A stretch of DNA of 24,000 nucleotides from Limihaloglobus sulfuriphilus (GTDB taxonomy: Bacteria; Planctomycetota; Phycisphaerae; Sedimentisphaerales; Sedimentisphaeraceae): contig NZ_CP019646.1 in assembly GCF_001999965.1 (NCBI RefSeq), positions 3,733,125 to 3,757,124 on the forward strand, given 5' to 3'. The notes beneath the pieces are model-generated. The model ran no database searches and was not told the origin of the DNA. It was given only the letters and a program-made list of their open reading frames with translations. Shown here one piece after another: positions 14,073 through 22,025 of this stretch. Position numbers and translations under genes: made by a program. Every line of letters starts with the position of its first letter. The stretch's first letter is position 1.

Positions 14073-15908
14073 ATGAACAGGATATTTACACAAAAACTGA
14101 ACAAAAACGGGCTTCTCTTCGGCGATGGTGCGATGGGAACCATGCTTTACAGCCGCGGCGTGTTTGTCAACACGTGCTTTGAACATCTCAACGTCAGCCG
14201 CCCGGAGCTTGTCCGGCAGGTACACGAGGAATATGCCGCGACAGGTGTTGATTTTGTCAAGAGCAATACCTTCGGAGCCAACCGTCTCAAGCTATCCAGG
14301 TACGGCCTCGGCGAGCAGACAGAGCAGATTGTATCCGCCGGCGTAAAACTCGCCAGAGAATCGTGCCGGCCCGATATGATGACAGCCGCTTCCATCGGGC
14401 CTCTCGGCGTTGATATCGGCAGCTATGACAAGGCTTTGCGGGCAAAAGCGGCGGAGGTCTTCGCCGAACAGGTGAAAATCTCGGCAGATGCCGGCGCGGA
14501 TGTCCTCCTGTTTGAGACGTTTTCAAACTGCGACGAGCTGATATGCGCGATCGAGGCGGCATCGGCAAGCTGCGATCTGGAAATTATCGCCCATATGACG
14601 ATAAATGATTCTACAGAAACAGATTACGGCAGCCGGATAGACGAATCCATGCGCTGTGTTTGCCGGTATGAAAATGTCGCTGCCGTAGGGCTCAACTGCT
14701 CTACCGGTCCGGCGGCGATGCTTGAGAGTATCGAGCTTGTACGCGGCGCGGTGAACAAACCGCTCTCAGTTCAGCCAAACGCCGGCTACCCCAGAAACGT
14801 TGACGGACGCACGCTTTATATGTGCACGCCGGAATACATGGCGGAATATGCCAAACGTTTCTACGAGAAGGGCGCCCAGGTAATCGGCGGCTGCTGCGGA
14901 ACCACGCCGGAGCATATCGCGGCGATCATAAATGCAGTCCGGCCGATAAAGAAAAGTGTAACTTACAAACAGCCCGCAATTAAAATACCCGCGGAACTGG
15001 CAGAACGGCTTGAACCCGCGCCCCTGGAGACAAAATCCCAATTCGGGGCAAAACTCGCCGCCGGCGAAAAAGTAATCTCAATCGAGGTTTCGCCGCCGCG
15101 GGGCTTTGAGCTCTCCGCCCTGATTGAAAAGGCAAAACTCTGCAAAGACCGCGGCGCGTGTACGATAAATATCCCCGACGGCCCGCGTGCAAGCAGCCGG
15201 CTAAGCGCCATGGTAACAGCTCTGATGATAGAACAGCAATGCGGGATCGAGACGATACTGCACTTCTGCTGCCGCGACAGGAATATTATCGGGATGCAGT
15301 CCGACCTGCTGGGGATACAGGCTACCGGCTTGCGGAACATGCTGATTGTAACCGGCGATCCGCCAAAACTGGGGGATTTTCCCGACGCGACGGCGGTTTT
15401 TGACCTGGATTCTATCGCACTGATAAAGGTTATCCGCGAGCTCAACCGCGGCATAGACATCGCCGGCAAATCGCTGGGCAGACGGCTTGAGCTGGTTATC
15501 GGTGCCGGCGCAAATCCCGCCGCGGCAGAGCCGGAAAGGGAAATCCAGCGTTACAGGCAGAAAATCGACGCCGGCGCGGAATATTTTGTCACCCAGCCGG
15601 TATTCGATGATGAGAGCCTGCTGCGGTTTCTCGATGCGGCCGGCGGCAGTGTGCCGGTGATAGCCGGAATATGGCCGTTCAGCAGCCTCAAAAACGCCGA
15701 GTTCATGGCAAACGAGGTTCCGGGGGTCAGCGTTCCCGAGCGGCTGCTTGAAAGGATGAGCAAGCTGAAATCACGCGAGGACGCAATCAAAACCGGCATA
15801 GACATCTCACGCGAGATGATATCCCGAATAGAAGATACCGTCGCCGGTTTTGCCGTCAGTGCACCTTTTGGCAATGTCAACATCGCCCTCGAAGCCGCCG
15901 GGCTGTAA
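14073..15908 (+). CDS. yitJ: Bifunctional homocysteine S-methyltransferase / 5,10-methylenetetrahydrofolate reductase (YitJ-type fusion)
   Basis: The N-terminal half shows LLFGDGAMGTMLY, SNTFGAN, GLNCSTGP and GGCCGTTPEHI, which are the Hcy-binding zinc Cys residues. The C-terminal half shows ILHFCCRDRN, LIVTGDPP, YFVTQPVFD and IAGIWPF, which are MTHFR motifs. The tracked ORF (13857) has a spurious N-terminal extension overlapping the previous gene; the Met at 14073 (MNRIFTQKLN) gives 611 aa, about the length I recall for B. subtilis YitJ (roughly 612 aa). Confidence 0.92.
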   Translation: MNRIFTQKLNKNGLLFGDGAMGTMLYSRGVFVNTCFEHLNVSRPELVRQVHEEYAATGVDFVKSNTFGANRLKLSRYGLGEQTEQIVSAGVKLARESCRPDMMTAASIGPLGVDIGSYDKALRAKAAEVFAEQVKISADAGADVLLFETFSNCDELICAIEAASASCDLEIIAHMTINDSTETDYGSRIDESMRCVCRYENVAAVGLNCSTGPAAMLESIELVRGAVNKPLSVQPNAGYPRNVDGRTLYMCTPEYMAEYAKRFYEKGAQVIGGCCGTTPEHIAAIINAVRPIKKSVTYKQPAIKIPAELAERLEPAPLETKSQFGAKLAAGEKVISIEVSPPRGFELSALIEKAKLCKDRGACTINIPDGPRASSRLSAMVTALMIEQQCGIETILHFCCRDRNIIGMQSDLLGIQATGLRNMLIVTGDPPKLGDFPDATAVFDLDSIALIKVIRELNRGIDIAGKSLGRRLELVIGAGANPAAAEPEREIQRYRQKIDAGAEYFVTQPVFDDESLLRFLDAAGGSVPVIAGIWPFSSLKNAEFMANEVPGVSVPERLLERMSKLKSREDAIKTGIDISREMISRIEDTVAGFAVSAPFGNVNIALEAAGL

Positions 15909-15927
15909 GCGATTCAGGCTTTTAGTG

Positions 15928-16464
15928 TTATGCGTTTTTTCTGCGAATAACAGCCGCTGCCCCCAGAGCGAACAGGCAGATCGTTGCCGGCTCGGGAAGG
16001 GCCGGAAGCATTACTTCGGTTTCGGATCCAACCTGGTTTCCATCTTTAGTCAGCCAGGCTACTCCCGATTCCAGATATGGCAGTTTTCCGTAAATCTTGA
16101 ATCCGCCCAGCGAGCCCGCAACGTTTGTGAACTCACCACTGGGGTTAGCTTCACAATTCGGACCGTTGTAAGTGAATTCAGAAATAGTCCAGTTTTCCGG
16201 GGGGATTATCTGGAGGTTTCCTCCATAGTAAGTCGGCCAGCGAAGATGAAAGTCGTTTACCGGAGAGTCTATAGATTCTAAATTCTGCCAGGCGAGTGTG
16301 TAGTTGTAAAGGTACGGATAGTCAACCGCTGAAACCTCGTTTCCCGGATTTGCAACAGGGTCTCCGTCTGCAGGCTCAAATGTGAATGAAAGTACAGCAG
16401 CCGAGGCTGATGTGACTGCGATAAATACACATACCGCAATTGTAAAGAATTTTAAGTTTTCCAT
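15928..16464 (-). CDS. Secreted PEP-CTERM protein
   Basis: A signal peptide follows the internal Met: MENLKFFTIAVCVFIAVTSASAAV. The C-terminus reads LPALPEPATICLFALGAAAVIRRKNA*, a PEP-CTERM signal. The tracked start at 16542 adds 26 unlikely residues. Confidence 0.8.
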   Translation of the reverse strand: MENLKFFTIAVCVFIAVTSASAAVLSFTFEPADGDPVANPGNEVSAVDYPYLYNYTLAWQNLESIDSPVNDFHLRWPTYYGGNLQIIPPENWTISEFTYNGPNCEANPSGEFTNVAGSLGGFKIYGKLPYLESGVAWLTKDGNQVGSETEVMLPALPEPATICLFALGAAAVIRRKNA

Positions 16465-16787
16465 TTTCCCATCTCTCTTTTGAATAAAACTCCATGTGCA
16501 TAAAACGCCGCATAACCTGGGCAATTGATTTTTGAAATGCAATTAAAACCATATTGGTTTTCGACCACAGCTCTACTCAATTCCCTGCGGCTTACAATCT
16601 CTTCTATTCTATGTTACCAGTATCGAGACGTAGAAGTCAAGAAAAAACGTTTTTTATATATATAACCTTGTTTTCAATGTATTTACAAGTTTCCATAAAT
16701 TTTGAAAAAGCGCAGACAGACCGCTTAAAAGCCGCAGTTCCGGCTGTGGGTGTGAAAATTATGCCGCAAAAGGTGATTTAATGCGTA

Positions 16788-18305
16788 TCAATCCGTATGC
16801 AGCCAGTAGCCGGCAAAAATTGCCAGGTCGGCAGAATCTACGGTGCAGTCACCGTTGAAGTCTGCCGGCACGGGATTGTTACAGTCTTTGCCCAGTGAGA
16901 CTTCCAGTCCGATTGTCTGGGGCATCTGGTCTTCCAGAAACTGTGTTCCCGCGGCAAGTGTCTGTGAAATCACGTTATCTTTGGCCGCCGTATCGCTGTA
17001 TGCGTATGTAAGCTCACCGACCGTGAAGCCCTCGCCGGTTATGAGCTGCTGCGCATCTGTGATGCTAAGCCCGCTACAGTCGGGAACGGTGAAGACCAGC
17101 TCAACCTGCCAGGCAAGTATTGGGTAGCCTCCTGCCAGCGGCATCTTCCATATATCTTCCGTGCCGTTAGTGTCTTCGCCGACGAAATCCCAGCCGGCGT
17201 CGAGGAATGACTGCTGCTCAGCCATTTCTGCCTCGGTAAGCCCAATAGAATCAACTGTATATCCGCTGTAACCGCCGCCGTAAGTTTCACCTATTGCGAC
17301 TGTTATCTGCCCCAAACTGCTGGAGTCAAGATTCCAGCGGCAGTGGTCGAAAGTGCAGTTTGTGTCCAGATAGTTATAGCTTTCCTGGTAGCCGCATAGA
17401 CCGCCAATTACCCAGCCGCTTGGCAGAGCTTCTGTAAGTCCAACAGAAGAATAGCAGTTGCGTACGGTGTATTGGTTTCTGCCGGTTATACCTCCGAAAT
17501 AATTGATCGCCGGCACTGACCCTGTAACATAACAGTTGAGAATTTCAATATACCTGCCGGCGCTTCCGACCAGGCCGCCGACATTTGATTCACCGTCTAT
17601 GTCAATATTTGCCCAGCACTGGCTAATAACCGGAGCTGCTCCAAGCGAGCCTGCCGAACCGACCAGGCCGCCGACCTGCCATTGAGCACGAATATATACA
17701 TCCGCTGAGCATCTGAGCATTGTCTTTCCAAAACCGGCGAAGCCGCCGACAAGGCCGCCGGTTCTGAAACTCCTGTCGCCGGCGACGAAGTTGGAAATTG
17801 AACCGCTTGCATGGCAGTCCGTCATGTCACCCAGCAGAGAGCCGCAGAGAATACCTACATTGTCGCCCGATGCGGTAATATCCGCGTTTTCCAATGTCAG
17901 ATTGCTCAGAGAGCCCTCTTTGAATATGCCGCTGAAGAGACCGGCGTAACCGGACTCTGATTCAATCGTAAGGTTGCTGATAACATGGCCGTTGCCGTCG
18001 AATGAACCGTTAAACGCCCCGTCACCGTAGCTTGAGCCTGAATAGCTGCCTATCACAGCGGAGGTGTAAACAGTGCCCGAAAGATCAAGATCAACCATAA
18101 GTACATAATCTGCAAAAAGATAAGGCGAGCCCTGCTGTGCGGATGCAAGAACGTTAAAATCCGCCATATCCTCAATGAGGTAGGGGGTTTCCGGTGAGCC
18201 GTCTCCGCCGCCGAGATTTCCGCCGGCGCCCAAAACTTCGATTGAGGTCATACTGAATAAATAGAAACACACCAAAACAATAACACCGCTCAATAAAGAT
18301 TTCAT
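16788..18305 (-). CDS. Secreted GLUG-motif repeat protein with a PASTA-like domain and a C-terminal dockerin-like Ca-binding repeat
   Basis: The N-terminus is a signal/anchor: MKSLLSGVIVLVCFYLFSMTS. GGLVG/GGLCG (GLUG) units recur. VPDCSGLSITDAQQLITGEGFTVGELTYAYSDTAAKDNVISQTLAAGTQF...LEVSLG resembles PASTA domains. The C-terminal DFNGDCTVDSADLAIFAGYW matches the DxNxDxxVDxxD dockerin/EF-hand loop. Confidence 0.85.
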   Translation of the reverse strand: MKSLLSGVIVLVCFYLFSMTSIEVLGAGGNLGGGDGSPETPYLIEDMADFNVLASAQQGSPYLFADYVLMVDLDLSGTVYTSAVIGSYSGSSYGDGAFNGSFDGNGHVISNLTIESESGYAGLFSGIFKEGSLSNLTLENADITASGDNVGILCGSLLGDMTDCHASGSISNFVAGDRSFRTGGLVGGFAGFGKTMLRCSADVYIRAQWQVGGLVGSAGSLGAAPVISQCWANIDIDGESNVGGLVGSAGRYIEILNCYVTGSVPAINYFGGITGRNQYTVRNCYSSVGLTEALPSGWVIGGLCGYQESYNYLDTNCTFDHCRWNLDSSSLGQITVAIGETYGGGYSGYTVDSIGLTEAEMAEQQSFLDAGWDFVGEDTNGTEDIWKMPLAGGYPILAWQVELVFTVPDCSGLSITDAQQLITGEGFTVGELTYAYSDTAAKDNVISQTLAAGTQFLEDQMPQTIGLEVSLGKDCNNPVPADFNGDCTVDSADLAIFAGYWLHTD

Positions 18306-18541
18306 TTTGTCTCCTGTATCAAGAGTTTAATATTAAGCCGGTTAAGCTCTTGAAAAAATACAAACCAAAACCAGCAACCATTTTATGTTATTATAGACAG
18401 AAACCCGCTCCCTTTCAACACCTTTTTATTTTTTCGTTTTACAAAGCCGCTGAGTTTTTTGTGTGAGCAAATTCCACTTCGGTGAAACCCTTCTAAAAAA
18501 ACGAATTTTATCAAAAACCGGCGTTTTTGAGGCAAAAACCT

Positions 18542-18569
18542 TTGACATGAAAGGAGATTTCTTTATTAT
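18542..18569 (+). promoter_or_regulatory. Candidate sigma70-type promoter of gap
   Basis: TTGACA (18542-18547), a 16-nt spacer and TATTAT (18564-18569) precede gap. The gene itself has an AGGAG Shine-Dalgarno sequence just before the ATG at 18655. Confidence 0.45.
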
Positions 18570-18654
18570 TTATGTTCTTTAAACATAGACTGCGTTGTAA
18601 GTACGTCTTGAAGAAATACTAATTTTAATGTAACTTATATTAGGAGAACTAATT

Positions 18655-19674
18655 ATGGCAACAAAGGTTGCAATTAACGGATTCGGCCGCATCGGCCGCG
18701 CTGTGGCGCGTATCATCCTGCAGAAGGATAACGGCCTCGAACTGGTAGCTATCAATGACCTGGCAGACCCGAAGTCTCTGGCTCACCTGTTCAAGTATGA
18801 CAGTGTAATGGGCAGATGGAACGGCGATGTCTCTGTCAACGACAACGGCCTTGTAGTTGACGGCAAAGAAATCAAAGTTACCGCAATCCGCAGCCCCAAA
18901 GAACTGCCCTGGAAAGAAATGGGCGTTGACATTGTACTCGAGTCAACCGGTATCTTCCGTACTCGCGAAAGCGAAAAAGGCGGCTACGGCGACCACCTCA
19001 CAGCAGGCGCCAAGAAGGTTGTACTCTCAGTTCCTTCAAAAGACGCAATCGACGCGACAGTAGTTATGGGTGTAAACCCTGACGCTCTTAAGCCTGAGCA
19101 TACATGCACGTCAAACGCAAGCTGTACAACAAACTGCCTGGCTCCTATCGCCAAGGTTCTCAATGACAGCTTCGGTATCAAACGCGGCCTGATGACAACC
19201 GTTCACGCTTATACAAACGACCAGGTTGTTTCTGACATGATCCACAGCGATCTCCGCCGTGCGCGTGCAGCAGCACAGAACATTATCCCGACAACAACCG
19301 GCGCTGCTGTAGCAGTCGGCAAGGTTATCCCCGAGCTCAACGGCAAACTCGACGGCTTCGCACTTCGCGTTCCCGTTATCGACGGCTCATGCGTTGACCT
19401 GGCGGTTGAACTGAACAAAGACGTTACAGTCGAAGAAGTAAACGCCGCGATGAAAGCAGCAGCAGAAGGCCCGATGAAGGGTGTACTGGCATACTGCGAA
19501 GACCCGATCGTTTCTTCGGACATCATCGGCGATCCGAACTCAAGCATCTTCGACGCCAAGAGCACAATGGTTATGGACGGCAACTTCGTTAAGGTCGTAT
19601 CATGGTACGACAACGAATGGGGCTATTCAAACCGTGCTGTTGACCTGATGGAAATGCTCGTTGACAAGATGTAA
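18655..19674 (+). CDS. gap: Type I glyceraldehyde-3-phosphate dehydrogenase
   Basis: [11 protein letters not shown] is the NAD-binding motif. [12 protein letters not shown] contains the catalytic Cys. [11 protein letters not shown] is also present. Length is 339 aa. Confidence 0.98.
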   Translation: MATKVAINGFGRIGRAVARIILQKDNGLELVAINDLADPKSLAHLFKYDSVMGRWNGDVSVNDNGLVVDGKEIKVTAIRSPKELPWKEMGVDIVLESTGIFRTRESEKGGYGDHLTAGAKKVVLSVPSKDAIDATVVMGVNPDALKPEHTCTSNASCTTNCLAPIAKVLNDSFGIKRGLMTTVHAYTNDQVVSDMIHSDLRRARAAAQNIIPTTTGAAVAVGKVIPELNGKLDGFALRVPVIDGSCVDLAVELNKDVTVEEVNAAMKAAAEGPMKGVLAYCEDPIVSSDIIGDPNSSIFDAKSTMVMDGNFVKVVSWYDNEWGYSNRAVDLMEMLVDKM

Positions 19675-19743
19675 TTCTTTAGAATGAAGAATTCAGGAGT
19701 TAGAATTTAGAATTCTCCAAACTCCGGCATCAGTAAAAACCAA

Positions 19744-19782
19744 AACGGTCTCTGTTCTTAACCGGACAGAGGCCGTTTTTTT
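19744..19782 (+). terminator. Rho-independent terminator of gap
   Basis: AACGGTCTCTGT pairs with ACAGAGGCCGTT (12-bp stem, one G-U pair, 8-nt loop), followed by T7. Confidence 0.8.
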
Positions 19783-19804
19783 ATAGACATAAGAACTTTC
19801 TTGC

Positions 19805-19832
19805 TTGAAATGCGTATATCTTATGCTATACT
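19805..19832 (+). promoter_or_regulatory. Promoter of hicAB, probably giving a leaderless hicA mRNA
   Basis: TTGAAA (19805-19810), a 16-nt spacer and TATACT (19827-19832) are present. The hicA ATG begins 7 nt after the -10 hexamer and has no Shine-Dalgarno sequence. The spacer carries the inverted repeat GTATA-N8-TATAC (19813-19830). Confidence 0.55.
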
Positions 19833-19838
19833 TAAACA

Positions 19839-20018
19839 ATGCCGAGTGAAGTGAAATTCAACAAAGTTAAGAAGATGCTCGAAGACAAGGGATACAAACT
19901 TATCAGGATTTCCGGTTCGCACCATATCTTTACAAAACCGCAATGCCTGCCAGTTAGTATCCCTGTGCATAACAGAAAGGTAAAACCGTTTTATGTCCGA
20001 CAAATTGAAAAACTCTGA
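19839..20018 (+). CDS. hicA: HicA-family mRNA interferase toxin (59 aa)
   Basis: This ORF is not in the track because it is under 60 aa. My hand translation gives MPSEVKFNKVKKMLEDKGYKLIRISGSHHIFTKPQCLPVSIPVHNRKVKPFYVRQIEKL*. G-S-H-H and IPVH...VKP are the YcfA/HicA hallmarks. It overlaps hicB by 26 nt. Confidence 0.85.
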   Translation: MPSEVKFNKVKKMLEDKGYKLIRISGSHHIFTKPQCLPVSIPVHNRKVKPFYVRQIEKL

Positions 20019-20391
20019 AAACCTGACAAAACCATTTGATCAAGATATCGAAAAGACAGCGAGGCAGATAGCAGATAAATACCAGATCGTCTTGACTCAT
20101 GAAGACGGCATGTGGTTTGGCCGCGGACTTGAGATGCCAACGGTCTTCGGCGAAGGCTCGACCCCTGATGAATGTACCGAAAACACAATAGAGGCCCTCA
20201 GCTCCGCGGCAGCGACGATGCTCGAAGCCGGCTGTACACCGCCAATACCTGCCAACATCGGCAAGCGGAGCGAGCAGGTAAACATACGCCTCACGGTTGA
20301 GGAGAAAAAAGTGCTTGAAACATGTGCAAAATCAAGAGGTTACAGGGGTTTGGGCGACTACATGAGAGCCGGGGCGTTGGCATTTTCATGA
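19993..20391 (+). CDS. hicB: HicB-family antitoxin (HicB fold plus C-terminal ribbon-helix-helix)
   Basis: YQIVLTHEDGMWFGRGLEMPTVFGEGSTPDECTENTIEALSSAAATMLEAGCTPPIP fits the HicB/UPF0150 fold. The C-terminal SEQVNIRLTVEEKKVLETCAKSRGY is RHH-like. It lies immediately downstream of hicA and overlaps it. Confidence 0.85.
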   Translation: MSDKLKNSENLTKPFDQDIEKTARQIADKYQIVLTHEDGMWFGRGLEMPTVFGEGSTPDECTENTIEALSSAAATMLEAGCTPPIPANIGKRSEQVNIRLTVEEKKVLETCAKSRGYRGLGDYMRAGALAFS

Positions 20392-20453
20392 TAAGGTAAA
20401 ACGGTTATTTTCCCGCAGAATCTCGATGCAGCAGAATCGAAAAAAGTTTTATC

Positions 20454-20524
20454 TGTAAACTATTTATTTACATTTTCTGTAAATTTAAAGTTGAACTTTA
20501 AATTTGCAGAAATTTTGCTATAAT
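20454..20524 (+). promoter_or_regulatory. Promoter and operator region of the WYL regulator gene
   Basis: There is an extended -10, TGcTATAAT, with TATAAT at 20519-20524. Inverted repeats are TGTAAA-N7-TTTACA (20454-20472) and TTTAAAG-N5-CTTTAAA (20484-20502), plus a third TGTAAA at 20478-20483. An AGGAG Shine-Dalgarno sequence lies at 20554-20558. Confidence 0.5.
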
Positions 20525-20565
20525 TTCCATAAGTCGATAAATGCAAGATATATAGGAGTTACAGC

Positions 20566-21546
20566 ATGGCAAGAGGAAAACCTTTGGTGCGGCAGTGGAA
20601 TCTGCTTAAGGCACTTCAGTCACATAGATTCGGCGTTGATACAGAAACCCTGGCACAGTGCGCCGGCTGCAGCAAGCGGCAGGTACAAAGAGACCTTGCG
20701 GTTCTTGAGAGCGTGGGTTTTCCCGTGAGTTTTGAGATGAGAGATTTCGGCAAACGTTTCTGGAAACTTTCGCCGCACTTCATCGAAAATGAAGGTATGA
20801 TACTCAACCTGACGGAGGTTTTGAGCCTGTTTTTGAGCCGGCAGATGCTCTCGCCGCTTTCCGGGACACTTTTTGGCGACGGGCTTACCTCGGTGCTTGA
20901 AAAGATTAAATCCATCGTCCCCAAAACCGCACTTGACTACTTTTACGGGCTGGAAGATTCACTTCTGGCACGCAGCGTAAAATCAAGCGACTACTCAAAA
21001 TACAGCGGCATAATACAAACGATAAACAGCTGTATCCTGGAAAACACCGTGCTGAGACTGACCTACGCATCGCCGAGCAAAGATGCCTATACCTGCCAAT
21101 ACCACCCTTACGGGCTGATCTTCTTTGAATCAAACCTCTACTGCATCGGTTATATGAGCCGCTACTCACAGGTTCGGGTGATAAAAATCGACCGGATAAA
21201 AGACGTTGAGCCGACAGAGAAAAAATTTAAACGCCCCGATAATTTCTCACTCGGAGAGCATTTCAAGGGCAGCTTCGGCATAATCACCGCCGGCAAACCG
21301 CAGAAAATAATAATCCGGCTCTTCGGCTGGGCAGCGAGAGAGGTGCGGGAACAGCAATGGCACCCGTCACAGAAAATTATAGAAGACTCTCCGGATGAGC
21401 TTCTGGTTGAGTTCGAGTTGTCAAATACCATAGAGTTTACACGCTGGATACTCGGTTTCGGAGCCAACGCAAAGGTAGAATCTCCGCTCCGACTCGCAGG
21501 GGAGGTTGCCGCTCAGATAACCCGTATGCAAAAAAGGTATCAATAA
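20566..21546 (+). CDS. HTH-WYL-WCX transcriptional regulator (BrxR/CapW/PafBC-like architecture)
   Basis: The N-terminal winged HTH is LVRQWNLLKALQSHRFGVDTETLAQCAGCSKRQVQRDLAVLESVGFPV. The central WYL-type SH3-like region is LRLTYASPSKDAYTCQYHPYGLIFFESNLYCIGY. The C-terminal extension reads QQWHPSQKIIEDSPDELLVEFELSNTIEFTRWILGFG. Length is 326 aa. Confidence 0.85.
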   Translation: MARGKPLVRQWNLLKALQSHRFGVDTETLAQCAGCSKRQVQRDLAVLESVGFPVSFEMRDFGKRFWKLSPHFIENEGMILNLTEVLSLFLSRQMLSPLSGTLFGDGLTSVLEKIKSIVPKTALDYFYGLEDSLLARSVKSSDYSKYSGIIQTINSCILENTVLRLTYASPSKDAYTCQYHPYGLIFFESNLYCIGYMSRYSQVRVIKIDRIKDVEPTEKKFKRPDNFSLGEHFKGSFGIITAGKPQKIIIRLFGWAAREVREQQWHPSQKIIEDSPDELLVEFELSNTIEFTRWILGFGANAKVESPLRLAGEVAAQITRMQKRYQ

Positions 21547-21807
21547 TGCTGCCCTGTAAGAGTTCGCACTTTAGTGCGCCTTGTCTGAAAAAAATAACAC
21601 GCTGAAGCGTGAACTCTAACGAATTACGCCGCTCCAAGTTCTGCAAATCGCCCGTATTCTGATTCCTCAGACCAATAATACATTTCCGTCATTATTGCGG
21701 GTAAACCCCTTATTGTCAATGGAATTATGTCAGTTATTGGTTGCCAAAGCTGTGTTACAGGTATATAAGGTTTTTAAGTTGGTCTGACAATTTGCTGATT
21801 ACCGACG

Positions 21808-21825
21808 GTTTTGAGAAAATTCGTG
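21808..21825. repeat. 18-nt exact copy of GTTTTGAGAAAATTCGTG (the other copy is at 755-772)
   Basis: I compared the two loci directly and all 18 nt are identical. Both copies are intergenic and lie upstream of plus-strand housekeeping genes (obg, greA). This copy carries only the left half of the palindrome seen at 760-781. Confidence 0.8.
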
Positions 21826-21900
21826 TGCCAGTGAGACGCTGCAATAAAACGTCGCCTGCACAATATATGTTATACACGCGGCAGTCCGTAATTGTATTTG

Positions 21901-21928
21901 TTGACATTTTTAGGCTTATCTGTATAAA
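21901..21928 (+). promoter_or_regulatory. Candidate sigma70-type promoter of greA
   Basis: TTGACA (21901-21906), a 16-nt spacer and TATAAA (23-28 of the 21900 block, i.e. 21923-21928) lie about 100 nt upstream of the greA ATG. Confidence 0.55.
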
Positions 21929-22025
21929 TGATTTGATGTGTGATGCCTTTGAAGTGAAATTTCGGGCGTTTATGGCTAAAATTTATAGCTGATAACAGAA
22001 TTGTTAAATAAGGTGCAAAAGCAAA

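Noticed and set aside
16554-16781. 75-aa plus-strand ORF between the PEP-CTERM and GLUG genes
   Set aside because: It lies in the promoter and terminator region of two minus-strand genes and has no coding signal. A weak hairpin (AGCCG-N6-CGGCT, 16730-16745) there may be the GLUG gene terminator, but the T-run is poor, so I did not list it as a feature.
19821-20003. 60-aa minus-strand ORF listed in the track
   Set aside because: It is the antisense shadow of hicA, whose plus-strand translation carries the HicA hallmarks.
21546-21605. 19-codon ORF (MLPCKSSHFSAPCLKKITR) starting in a TAATG overlap with the WYL gene stop
   Set aside because: It is too short and featureless to call. The same nucleotides are better explained by the hairpin structure. 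I mention it only because of the coupling-like overlap.
21741-21992. 83-aa plus-strand ORF (non-ATG start), plus 21870-22142 and 21437-21646 on the minus strand
   Set aside because: They span the greA promoter or overlap the ends of the WYL and greA genes. They have no Shine-Dalgarno sequence or motif support and lie in AT-rich intergenic DNA.
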